DNA from: Phoronis australis
Lineage: Eukaryota; Animalia; Phoronida
Length of the DNA: 46,369 nt
Reading direction: 5' to 3'
Assembly (NCBI GenBank): GCA_002633005.1
Contig: NMRA01000075.1
Location: 713,336-759,704 of the forward strand
Part shown: one piece after another, positions 23,301 through 35,777 of the stretch
Layout: each line of letters begins with the position of its first letter
How positions within the stretch are numbered: the stretch's first letter is position 1
Notes under the pieces: generated by a model
Seen by the model: only the letters and a program-made list of their open reading frames with translations
Database searches by the model: none
What the model was told of the DNA's origin: nothing
Made by a program: the position numbers and the translations under genes

Positions 23301-23552
23301 GACGATCCTTCAAGCGGTTTGGGAATATTGAGGCGGACGCCAAAAGCAGACACAAATAACAACAGATGGCCGATGGGAGCACTAATGTAAAAAAATGTCA
23401 ATATGAGTACACCTTTTGCATTGCAAACAGCAAGAGAGGGTGATAAATATTGTCCTCAAATGTAACTGAAACTACGTCATAAAAAGTAAATCGACAATTA
23501 TTATCCTATCTTAATACGAACGGCCATATTTCAACCTCACTTGGAATATTAA

Positions 23553-24353
23553 AGTGGTCCTGAACGCGAAAAATGGGACTAAATTGCAGTATTCAAAGTA
23601 ATTCCCTGCCACTGAAACAGAATTCCACATGCTCACCTGCTATGTTTACGATTTGTTCGTAAAGATTTTGAACTTCTGTTCACAGAAAAGCCTTTTTTAA
23701 AATTCAAATTTAAAAAACGACCTGTCAACTGCTCGTCACTTGGTTGATTTTTCTCCCAAAAGGCAAAGCACATCTCTGTATTTGGTATGGCAAGACTTAG
23801 AAGTAGCACATTTCCCTTACAGGAAAAATGTGACAGTTGACCTTTAATGTAAAAAACAAAGGAAACTTCAAGGAGTCAATCCTATTAGGATGAAATTGAT
23901 GTATGTCTTAAGTGACTAACACTAGTTAAAAAGGTATCCTAGAATTCAAATATATTCTAAAATGCTATTGGAATTATTTTTTGGAAAATTGCTTGCTTCA
24001 CTGGCTTGCCTCATACATGCACCGTGCTGTCGAACTCAGATTCGGGGTGCGATCACTCATGGCAATCTCCCGCTAATATCTATCGTCTCAGTCAGCTGAT
24101 TGTCGAATGACTGTGAGCGCATGTGCACATTGATCATAAAAGGGAAGGAGATCAGGTTGGGAAGGAGATTAGAAAATCTGTGGTTACCACAGGCTTTTTC
24201 CTTCACGCGTATTTCAAAAATCGTGAATTTTGCGATTCTTTTCGTATTTCCTCTTGGGGAAGTGAATAACTCTGTACTAGACGTTGCGAGATGGTAGTTT
24301 CGTCAAGAATTTTTTAAAAGGTATTTAGACGAGCTTTCGCGTTCCATGCCTCT
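23553..24353 (+). mobile_element. TTAA-flanked Kolobok-type non-autonomous element (~800 bp)
   Basis: TTAA on both sides (23549-23552, 24354-24357). Imperfect TIRs AGTGGTCCTGAACGCGAAA / TTTCGCGTTCCATGCCTCT. Related copies at 4031-8133 and about 15960-16500. Confidence 0.75.
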
Positions 24354-26009
24354 TTAAGTTTTCAGGCACAGCAGTTGACGACGCCTGGGCCAGTGGTCCT
24401 AGAGTCACTTACAACTGCAAACCGATCAATGTCATCAATCCTTGCGCCATTCACAATATCTTCTAAATCCATTAAAACCCATCTAATGAACAATGCGGGA
24501 ATACGAACTACTGAAGTGCTGGTAAAGAACAGGGTGGTCCACCTTTCCCCATAACGAGCCGTAAGATCGTTTTCACTGGTCATGTTCTTAGTCAGCGCAC
24601 TAACACAGAAGTTAGTGATGTTATAATACTCAGGTAAGTGGGAAAGGCAATATAGCTGGCAAGAAAAGATTACGTGAAAAGAAGGTTGCTAATGAAAACG
24701 CCTTTGCAGCTGGAGAGGGAGAAAACAAGCTGCCCGAATAAGCAAGCGAGGAAATAATGCTAACTTGTCAAGGAAATGGCGTCCAAACACCTTTGGCTTC
24801 TGCAAGTTTGAAAAAAAATGTAATGTTAAAAATCCGAGAATATCATCTGTATACATTGAACATAGGTTCAGGCAGCTGCATGAACAGCTGCTAGTTAATC
24901 TCATTGAAAATGTTTACATTCGGTCAGCTGTAAGTTTATTGACTGTACTTATAATTTGAGAACAAGTGATCATAGCAGAGGAGCCCATGACGTACATTAT
25001 AGGTACATGTGAGAGTTCTTGAAAATAAAGCTTGCAATGAGATTTAAAACTGTATTTCTAAAACTTAATTGTTCCTGTACTTCCCCAAAGTGTCACTAAC
25101 GCCACAGCCTGTGTGAAATAAAATGCATTTAGTGTATTTTTATGTCATTCAAGGTGCGCTTATAACCGGAAAAGTCTGTCCCTAACTGCGAAACTTAGTC
25201 ACATGCGTCTATATGTGGTACAGTTGAGTATAAACTCTTGCGAAAAACGGAAGTAATCCGCATATAGGCGCAAGCGCCTAATCGCAGGACTATACCGTAT
25301 AGGTTAAGGAAGTAGAATAGTACACAAAGTTACAAAGATGAGGTTTCATAACACCCGAACACTGGCTGTCACAATCCTCAACAATATTTGTGAATTTAGC
25401 TGGATAAGAAAAAATGAACAAAGAGGTCCGTTGGACTGAGTGTTCCAAATTTGAGTGGTTTGAAAAAGATAATTTCGTGTGTACTTTTCATCTGTTTGTA
25501 ATAAATTGGTCCTACCCATTAAAACAACAGGTAAACAGTTTTTGATTTAGACAACTTACTCTTATACAATTGGTCTTGTCTGGCTTCTTACCCAGTTTAG
25601 AAGAGATTGATGGGTTCAGAACTGACAGTTAGTTATTTCAGATGACCTGACAGGAGTTTTCATGGGCATGGTCTGACGAAATAACAGATTACACATCAAT
25701 TCTTCCCCAGTCTGGTGATCATTTCTTTGCTGAGTAAGGAACAAATTGAGACCAATCCTATAACGAACGGTAAGTGGTCTAAATCAAAACTTTCTTTTTA
25801 TGAGTTTAATGCTAAGGCGATATTTTTTCAAAGGAGGCAATATTATTTAGTCTCAAAGTGTGCGGAACGGTTCCGCACTTTTTTAATATCCACTTAGGGC
25901 CATAACAAATGGTATGTAACAAATCTATACCTTACCCTAAACATGTTTACAATGTTACATTTTTATTTCCTCAATTAGCATTTTCTTAATTACAAGTTCA
26001 ATTTTTGCC

Positions 26010-26148
26010 TTGCGGAATATTCCGCACTGAGTGCGAAATATTACGCAAAATCTGTGAAATATTCCGCAGATTTTGCGGAATATTCCGCAGATTTTGCGAA
26101 ATATTACGCAGATTTTGCGGAATATCATGCACTGCGCAAGTTTTGTGG
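26010..26148. repeat. 21-bp minisatellite with palindromic core TGCGGAATATTCCGCA (left arm)
   Basis: Units such as TTTTGCGGAATATTCCGCAGA; the translation PQNLRNI repeats with a 7-codon period. Confidence 0.85.
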
Positions 26149-26385
26149 AATACTGTGACTTGAGAAATATTATGTATATTTTGTGGAATAATAATCAAAA
26201 TAATAACTTATTTATAAAAATCAATGTGAAAGTTCGGGAAGAGTTCCACAAACAGAAAAGTTAAGCACAGGACTAAAATTTTTAATTTTCTCCCGACCCA
26301 ATAAACATGAATTACATTCCATTCTCAATAGTACTTGAGAGTATAATGTGCCCACTCTCAATAATATATTAATCAATGTGACGGT

Positions 26386-28224
26386 TGCAGAAGGGTTCCA
26401 CATGCGGAACGGTTCCGCAAACAGAACAGTTTTTTGGAGAACACAATTTTTTTTAAATTCTCATGACCAATAAAGTTAAAATGCATTCCATCATCAATAC
26501 CACTTGAAAGTATCAATGTGACAATCCTAATAATAATTACTTGATCAATGTGACAGTTGCGGAACCATTCCGCATGCGGAACCGTTCTGTATGGGGAGCG
26601 ATTTCCCAAACAGAATGGCTTTGCTGGGTATTTGATTTCACCAATCAACTTAAAATGCATTACATTATCAATGCCAATTGAAAGTATCGATGTGACAATC
26701 CTAACAGTAATTAGTTGATCAATGTGACAGTTGCGGAACCGTTCCGCATGCGGAACCGTTCCGCAAACAATACTTTTGTGATCCTCACAAGTTTTAAAAA
26801 ATTTACTTGCACTTGAAATATACTCTATTCTCAATAGCATATGGAAATATCAATGTGTCAACATGAACAATGATTAATCAGTGGGGAACTTGTTGAATGG
26901 TTTGTGATGCAGAAACCTACCTCAAGGAGACTCGGGGAAAAATCGACATATTGTCTATGACATTCTACCGCTTTTGGTAGAACCTTAACACAAGCCAAGA
27001 AATATTTGAATCTTAACGTTCAACAAGCATTAATCATCAAAGTATCAGAATTTTTACCCCAACCATAATTATTAAAAGTGACAGTTGCGGAACCGTTCCG
27101 CATGCGGAACCATTCCGCAGACAATACCTTTGTGATCCTCACAAGTTTTAAAAAAATTTTTCTTGCACATTTCAGTTGAAATATAATCTATTCTCAATAG
27201 CATATGAAAATATCAATGTGTCAACATGAACAATGATTGATCAGTGGGAAACTTGCTGAATGGTTTGTGATGAAAAAGCCTACCTCAAGCAGACTCGGGT
27301 GAAAAATTGACATCTTGTTGATACTATTTTACCGCTTTTGGTAGAACCTTAACACAAGCCATGAAATATTCGAATCTTAACGTACAAAAAGCATTAAACA
27401 TAAAAGTATCAGAATTTCTACCCTAACAATAATTAATTATTAAAAGTGACAGTTGCGGAACCGTTCCGCATGCGGAACCCTTCCGCAAACAATACTTTTG
27501 TGATCCTCACAAGTTTTAAAAAAGTTTTCTTGCACATTTCAGTTGAAATATACTCTATTCTCAATAGCATATGGAAATATCAATGTGTCAACATGAGCAA
27601 TGATTAATAAGTGGGGAACTTGCTGAATGGTTTGTGATGCAGAAACCTACATCAAGCAGACTCGGGGAAAATCGACATATTCTCTATGACATTTTCCGGC
27701 TTTTGGTAGAACCTTAACACAAGCCACGAAATATTCGAATCTTAATGTGGAACAAGCATTAAACATAAAAGTATCAGAATTTCTACCCCAACAATAGTTA
27801 ATTAATAAAAGTGACAGTTGTGGAACGGAACCGTTCTGCATGGGGAGCGATTTCCCAAACAAAATGGTTTTATGGGGGATTTCTTTTCACCAATCATCTT
27901 AAAATGCATTCCATTATCAATGCCACTTAAAACTTTCGATGTGACAATCCTAACAGTAATTAGTTGACCAATGTGACAGTTGCGGAACCGTTCCGCATGC
28001 GGAATCGTTCCGCGAACAATACTTTTGTGACCCACAATTTTTAAAAATTTTTCTTGCACATTTCAGTTGAAATATATTCTATTCTCAATAGCATATGAAA
28101 ATATCAATGTGTCAACATGAACAATCATTAATCAGTGGGGAACTTGCTGAATGGTTTGTGATGAAGAAACCTACCTCAAGCAGACTCGAGAAAAATTGAC
28201 ATCTTGTGTATGGCATTTTACCGC
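26386..28224 (+). repeat. Left-arm array: modules A (~140 bp) and B (~325 bp) separated by TGCGGAACCGTTCCGCA linkers; order A' A B B B A B(truncated)
   Basis: Linkers start at about 26386, 26558, 26732, 27086, 27454, 27819 and 27981. Confidence 0.8.
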
Positions 28225-28230
28225 AAATTT

Positions 28231-30841
28231 ACACAAACCATTCAGCAAGTTCATCACTGATTAATTATGGTTCATGTTCACACATAGATATGTCCATGTG
28301 TTATTGACAATAGAATGTATTTCAACTTTAATTCGCAAGCATCAATTTAAAATAATGTGAGCTCCACAAAACCATTGTTTGCGGAACGGTTCCGTAACAG
28401 TCACATTGACCACGTAATTATTGTCGGGATTGTCAGATTGATACTTTCAAGTGGCATTGATAATAGAATGCATTTTAAGTTCATTGGGCAAAACAAATAC
28501 CCCGCAAAACCATTCTGTTTGGGGAAAACGCTCCCCATACGGAATGATTCCGCTTGCGGAACGGTTCCGCAACTGTCACATTGATCAACTAATTACTGTT
28601 AGGATTGTCACATTGATACTTTCAGGTGGCATTGATAATGGAATGCATTTTCAGTTGATTGGTGAAATCAAAACCTCGCAAAACCATTCTGTTTCGGAAA
28701 TCGCTCCACAAGCAGAATTTTTCCGCATGCGGAATGGTTCCGCAACTATCACATTTGTTAATTAATTATTGTTAGGGTAGAAGTTCTCATACTTTTATGT
28801 TTAATGCTTGTTGCACATTAAGATTCGAACATTTCATGGCTTGTTTTAAGGTTCTACCAAAAGTGGTAAAATGGCATAGACAAGATGTCAATTTTTCCCA
28901 AGACTGCTTGAGGTAGGTTTCTTCATCACAAACCATTCAGCAAGTTCCCCACTGATTAATCATTTTCTTGCTGACACATTGATAGTTTCATGTGATATTG
29001 ACAATAGAATATATTTCAACTTAGATGTGCAAGAAAAAATTTTAAACAATTGTGAGCTCCTCAAAACTATTGTTTGCGAAACGGTTCCGCAAACTAAATA
29101 TTGTTAGGATTGTCACATTGATACTTTCAAGTGGCATTGATAATGGAATGCATTTAAAGTTGCTTGGACAAAAAATACCCTGCAAAACCATTCTTTTCTG
29201 GAAATCACTCCCCATGCGGAATGGTTTGCATGCGGAACGGATCCGCATGCGGAACGGTTCCGCAAGTATCACTTTTATTAATTAACTATTGTTGGGGTAA
29301 AAATTCTGATACTTTTATGTTTAATGCTTATTCCACATTAAGATTCGTATATTTCGTGGATTGTGTTAACGTTCTACCGAGAGTGGTAAAATGGCATAGA
29401 CAAGATGTCAATTTTTCCCACGAGTCTGCTTGAGGTAGATTTCTGCATCACAAAACATTCAGCAAGTTCCCCACTGGTTAATCATTGTTCATGTTGACAC
29501 ATTAATATTCTCATATGCTATTGAGAATAGAATATATTTCAAGTGAAATTTGCGAATTTTTTTTTTAAAATTGTGATGATCCCAAAAGTATTGTTTGCGG
29601 AACGGTTCCGAATGCGGAACGGTTCCACAACTGTCACTTTTAATAATTAATTATGGTTGGGGAAGAAATTCTGATACTTTTCTGCTTGTTGCACGTTAAC
29701 ATTCGAATAATTCATGGCTTGTGCTAAGGTTCTACCAAAAGCGGTAAAATGGCATATACAATATGTCAATTTTTCGCAGACTCTGCTTGAGGTAGGTTTC
29801 TGCATCACAAACCATTCAGCAAGTTCCCCATTGTTCAAGTTGACACATTGATATTTCCACATGCTAATGAGAATAGAATATATTTCAACTGAAATGTGCA
29901 ACAAAAATTTTTTAAAACTTGTGAGGATCACAAAAGTATTGTTTGCGGAATGGTTCCACATGTGGAACGGTTCCGCAACTGTCACATTGATCAACTAATT
30001 ACTGTTAGGATTGTCACATCGAAAGTTTTAAGTGGCATTGATAATGGAATGCATTTTTAAGATGGTTAAAACAAATACTCCATAAAACCATTTTGTTTGG
30101 GAAATCGCTTCCTTTGCAGAACGGTTCCGCATGCGGAACGGTTCCGCAACTGTCACTTTTATTAATTAAATATTGTTGGGGTAAAAATTCTGATGCTTTT
30201 ATGTTTAATGCTTGTTCCACATTAAGATTCGAATATTTCGGGGCTTGTGTTAAGGTTCTACCAAAAGCGGTAAAATGTCATAGACAATATGTCGATTTTT
30301 CCCCGAGTCTGCTTGAGGTAGGTTTCTGCATCACAAACCATTCAACAAGTTCCCCACTGATTAATCATTGTTCATGTTGACACATTGATATTTCCATATG
30401 CTATTGAGAATAGAGTATATTTCAACTGAAATGTGCAAGAAAATTTTTTAAAACTTGTGAGGATCACAAAAGTATTGTTTGCGGAACGGTTCCGCAACTG
30501 TCACGTTGATCAACTAATTACTGTTAGGATTGTCACATCGATACTTTCAAGTGGCATTGATAATGTAATGCATTTTAAGTTGATTGGTGAAATCAAATAC
30601 CCAGCAAAACCATTCTGTTTGGGAAATCGCTCCCCATACAGAACAGTTCCGCATGCGGAATGGTTCCGCAACTGTCACATTGATCAAGTTATTATTATTA
30701 GGATTGTCACATTGATACTTTCAAGTGGTATTGATGATGGAATGCATTTTAATTTTATTGGTCATGAGAATTTAAAAAAATTGTGTTCTCCAAAAAACTA
30801 TACTGTTTGCGGAACCGTTCCGCATGTGGAACCCTTCTGCA
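28231..30841 (-). repeat. Right-arm array, inverted; order from outside in A' A B A B B A B A A B(truncated)
   Basis: Linkers start at about 28380, 28538, 28711, 29075, 29215, 29596, 29944, 30115, 30480, 30637 and 30808. Confidence 0.8.
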
Positions 30842-31081
30842 ACCGTCACATTGATTAATATATTATTGAGAATGGGCACATTATACTCTCAAGTACTATT
30901 GAGAATGGAATGTAATTCATGTTTATTGGGCCGGGAGAAAATTTTAGTCCTCTGCTAAACTTTTCTGTTTGTGGAACTCTTCTGGAACTTTCACATTGAT
31001 TTTTTAAAATAAATTATTATTTTGATTATTATTCCACAAAATATACATAATATTTCTCAAGTCACAGTATTCCACAAAATT

Positions 31082-31190
31082 TGCGCAGTGCGTAATATTC
31101 CTCAAAATCTGCGTAATACTCCGCAAAATCTGCAGAATATTCCGCAAAATCTGCGTGATATTCCGCACATTTGCGGAATATTCCGCAAGG
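31082..31190. repeat. 21-bp minisatellite (right-arm mirror copy)
   Basis: TCTGCGTAATATTCCGCAAAA-type units; reverse complement of 26010-26148 with a different copy number. Confidence 0.85.
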
Positions 31191-32466
31191 CAAAAATTGA
31201 ACTTCTAATTAAGAAAATGCCAATTGAGGAAATAAAAATGTAACATTGTAAACATGTTTAGGGTAAGGTATAGATTTGTTACATACCATTTTTATGGCCT
31301 TAAGTGGATATTAAAAAAGTGCGGAACCGTTCCGCACACTTTGAGACTAAATACTATTGTCTCATTTGAAAAAATATCGCCTTTGCTGCGTTTTGAGTGG
31401 CAGAAAACTTTGCATTCATTCTGCTGAAATTGATTACAAAAATACATCTGTCAAAATAAATATTGATTATTTAATAAGTATTGTTACTTCAATTGAAGTA
31501 GTTGAAATGTTGTGTCAAACTTGTTTACACATGCCTTTGATGTTTAGGTGTACTTTTAGATGATATTTTAACTAGTAAACTTTTGACAATCTCCATCACT
31601 GCATATTTTTAAATTCACATCAAAGTGTCTTGCTTGAAATTGTTCTGACTTTTAATTGGTGTCAAACTTTGGACTTAAAGACATTCATTACATCGTTTTG
31701 TAAACTCTTGATTTTTTACAAAATATATATATACACTCACAATGTTGTCATCATCACATTTTAGTCAATTCCACACACTTTGCCACATCAATCTAATGTC
31801 CCATACAGGAACTCTTCAAAACGGTAGATTAATCCTTTTAGAAGATCAGTGGTGCCCCTTTCAGTTTTCTAGAGCTTACATGGATTTGGTCAAAAAATGT
31901 TACCACATTAAATCAACAACTCTTTTAAAACACAAAAGGCCAAACTAATATATTTTCGTTGAATACTAATTGACTCCCTTTGTTACCAAGGCACGAAGTT
32001 CTTAAATAATTCATTGTGTGGAACATCAGGTCTGCGGGACACTGAGAGGAAGAATTAAAGAACTGAGAAAACCACCAAGATGGGATGCAGCACAACGGAT
32101 AGATACAGTGGCCGGAGATTTCGGAACATCCACCTCTTAGTTTAGAGTTGGTGCTGCTCGATGTTTTTAATGGCCACTTGGCGACGCAGAATATGCCAAA
32201 TCTGTCCAAAAATTGGAAGATGTTGTCGCCCCCTAAATAAAAAACTTGTTAGCCAAATTTCATGAAAATCCATCAAAGAAATCTGAAGACACAAAGGCAA
32301 AATCCCTTTGCCACAAGGGGGCAGAGCAACACTCCGGTCGATCCGGAACCCGCTTCCTCATAGAAACATATCTGTCAGCTCTCATTAGATCTTGCAAGGT
32401 ACATGTATTTAGTAGACACAGCAGCGGACGCCGGACGCCTGAACACCCAGACAGATACGACCTTAA

Positions 32467-33924
32467 AGGAGCGTGCCACCCAAAAAACAACCTAATTTGT
32501 ATCAATTTAGATTGAGTAGTTCTACTCCATAACGACACGTACGGTTGCATTACCTGACACCTGACGGCAGACGGAGGTGTTGAAATTATCCAATGACGTC
32601 ATCGGTTTCACACGCAGTTTGTTCAGCAGTTCACAACACGGGTTATTGGTGTCAGCTTATTGCTTGAAGTGATCGTTTAACACCAATAAATCATCAAACT
32701 TCGATGTAAAACCCTTAAAAATACACCGAGTTCTTATAAAAACTTGTTGTTTTATTTCGCTCTTACGGATTTATTGGTATTTGGACACACCGTAGCCTAC
32801 AAAGTTCGGCAGGCCAATAAGGTCCGTAGCAGGAGTTTGGGGTCTGTTCGGAGCTAATTTCGAAGTATTTTTCATGAGATGCAGGCAGGAGAACCTAAAT
32901 CTGTGTTGTTTAGACTTGTGATTTTTTTATTTCTAAACACAAAACGCTTGTTATCCTGGCCAGTGGCTCGGAAACTGATCAGACATCACGAACATAAATC
33001 AGCCAAAGTTCAGTGGAAATTAAACTTCCAGTCAAGAAAATACTATACTAGTGAGCCAAAGTAATGTGCACCTGATTATGTTGGTGAATTAGCCACGAAA
33101 CTACAAATCTACTTACTCGTCGGGGCCGCAAATACAGTTCCGCTTTGTACACAACACCGTCAGGGCAGAAGTTGTACATTGACAATCATTATTTGAGTAA
33201 TGTAAAAGGAAATAAAGATTCCCTTAACACCTGGCCGTGGGATAGAAATCAAGTTGTTTCACAACAGTTTCTGCCAGCAAACACTAAATTAGCATGAGCT
33301 CACATGGCCTCGGTGTCCCGTCAATTAGTTTTATTTCTCCTAAAGCCGGTAACGCAGTGATTTATTCATTGCTGGCTTCTCAAATCATTTGCACTCACTC
33401 ACGAACACTCCAAAGGCATTACAAATTGCATCTAATGAGACAGACTTTGTTTCAGTTTTATATAAGTATTGGTTAGGATGAGAATAATTCATTTTGAAAC
33501 AGAACGCTCAGTAATAAACGTCAACATGGCAATTCGCAATCCCGACTTTGGACGAGCTAGAGCTCATCAGTCCCGACTTCGCAGGTGGATCGTTAAGTTT
33601 TACAGGCTAGCAATTCGACCAGGAATACAGTGATGAAGAAATACTAGAGAGGCGCCGTGAACAAGCTTAGACAACGGAACGTATGTAGTTATTTGATAAG
33701 CCGGCATTCGTCAGGCACTGTCGACGTCTGCAGGCCACTAACACGGAGATGTTTCAAGGCCTCATACTTGCGCGAAATTCTTGCCTCCTATAACGTCACT
33801 TCTGGAGTAAAGGATGAGAAATTAATTAAATTACGAAAAGCTGTAATTAAGTGAAAAATATATCTGGGTTAATCAACAGACCTTATTTTTGCTAAAAGTG
33901 ACATGAAAAAGGTTGCCTTCGCCT
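32467..33924 (-). mobile_element. TTAA-flanked composite Kolobok-type element: body from the 17806 family, right end from the 9552 family
   Basis: TTAA|AGGAGCGTGCCACCC start. 32467 to about 33650 is the reverse complement of about 18560-19160 plus 20470-21017. About 33770-33924 matches the 9832-9989 arm and ends GGTTGCCTTCGCCT|TTAA. Confidence 0.75.
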
Positions 33925-35777
33925 TTAAATGGAATGGGATTCGATCAACCATGTTAAAAACAACTTCAACTGAGGTGTGTTACCGAAATAACCATGGCCT
34001 CGTAGGAATGATATATTCTTATATTTCCTCTAAATGTAAGTGTGGATTCCCCCAGTCACAAAGTATTTTTTCAACTGTAGATTCAATGAAATTGAAAGGA
34101 ACTTGCTCTTCCGGGCACTAGCTGAAAATCAGATTGCATAGCTGTCTTGGTGTTAACTACAGCAATTTCAGAACACAATTCTTGTTGTTAGTGAAAAGTA
34201 CTTCTAGCTTAATATTCAACTTGTATTTGCAAACTACGCATGTCCACAACACAGAAATAACGGCTTGCCTGCTTCTGGGTTTGATTTTGTTGCCCAGTCT
34301 GCATTTGTTTTATGTAATAAATGCAATGCGTGAACAACATCAATAAAAACCCCTTCGAATCATTGTTCTTTTGATTTCGAAACTCTGAAAATTCTCTGAC
34401 TTTAAGAAGCAAAAATACCGTGACCGACTTCAAGGGCATGTTGATAACATATACCGGGTAGGCCCTGTTGCATTTCTAGTAACTGAGTCCCCCTGACAAC
34501 GATGACACAANNNNNNNNNNNNNNNNNNNNNNNNNNNNNNNNNNNNNNNNNNNNNNNNNNNNNNNNNNNNNNNNNNNNNNNNNNNNNNNNNNNNNNNNNN
34601 NNNNNNNNNNNNNNNNNNNNNNNNNNNNNNNNNNNNNNNNNNNNNNNNNNNNNNNAGCCCCCCCCCCCCCCCAAAACAAAACAGTGAATACGTCACTGAG
34701 CAGAATGTCTGGTTCCTGCAACTCCTTTTATAAAAGTAGGTCTATTCGAGAGCCTTTGTCTCGGCATTCTTCGACTCCTGTATATCATACGCTCTGGGAC
34801 GCACACGCATCGATTTTCGCTGAGTAAGCCAGTCAATGTGCTCAGAAGTCACTGAGACGTAGGCCTATCATGATCATGCAATCAAGTCAGCTCATGGCCC
34901 TATAGACTAGTTTTTAAAGCAAGCTAGGTACATGTAGTGTGCCATTCGAGACCTCAAAGGTTTGTGTTTCCACCCCCTCCCCCTCCAGCCCGCTAATGGC
35001 AGAACGACTTTGATATTACACGGCATAACCACTGGGTCTTACATTGTGTTTGAAGTGCAACCACATGGATGCTCACAGTAAACCCCATAATCCTCACATG
35101 ACTATAAATTATATATTATAATAATACAACGTCGCTATTAACACCAATACAAGCATAGCTACCCTCTGTGTCCTCAATAGCTGTACACGGGCCTTGAACG
35201 TAAAGACAATGTAGCACACTTACCAAACATCATCCATTCATTACACGACGACATTCAGCAGGGCATAATACATCACTGAACTCATTTAATCAAGCTGTCC
35301 AACGTAAAAGGTTTCACTACAGTGTGGGGGCTATCTCAAAACCTCGATAATGTAGAGGTCGTAACAGCGAATGTGCAAATCTCAATGAGCATTGCCCCAC
35401 ACCTGTTCCTCTCTATTGCATTCTGGGATTGTATGTATGCCTAGCAGCAGCGTGAGAGTTTCTATATACAGAAGAGATTATTATATTTAGCTGCCGTTTT
35501 CAATTATTAAGACTTGAAAAAATATGTTACAAATTATCAGTATCTTATAAAAATTATAATTTTAAAAATTTGTTCAATCCAAGACATATGCTTATACTAG
35601 TTTACCTAGCCCTGGTATCCAATCTCCGTAACACGCGAATCATACTCAAACTCCCCGCACTTCTGCCGCCAATTTTTAAAGTCCTTCTTACTGGCGAATG
35701 CTAATCCCATGTTGACGAGTCATTACAAGGATCAAAAGCAGCTGTGGGGTGGGGATTGCCGTGATTGAAGTGAGTGT

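Larger units (their letters stand above)
25814..31383. mobile_element. Large foldback (inverted-repeat) element with modular internal tandem arrays
   Basis: Ends AAGGCGATATTTTTTCAAA / TTTGAAAAAATATCGCCTT. The outer ~1.2 kb of each arm are near-identical reverse complements. Orientation flips at about 28224-28231. No credible ORF and no clean TSD. Confidence 0.85.

Noticed and set aside
23194-24633. Exon-like segments at 23381-23197 (-) and 24367-24633 (+)
   Set aside because: The plus segment has stops in all three frames. The minus segment is phase-incompatible with DUF229 and has no recognisable homology.
26386-30841. Palindromic repeat-plus-spacer pattern resembling a CRISPR array
   Set aside because: The spacers are 140-330 bp and of only two recurring types, there are no cas genes, and the context is eukaryotic.
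25998-31243. Many ORFs in the foldback (PQNLRNI, AERFRNCHIDQ repeats)
   Set aside because: They are translations of non-coding repeats, mirrored on both strands, with stops and frameshifts between copies.
34402-34721. ORFs spanning N runs (also 39308-39652)
   Set aside because: Artefacts of assembly gaps 34511-34655 and 39378-39517.
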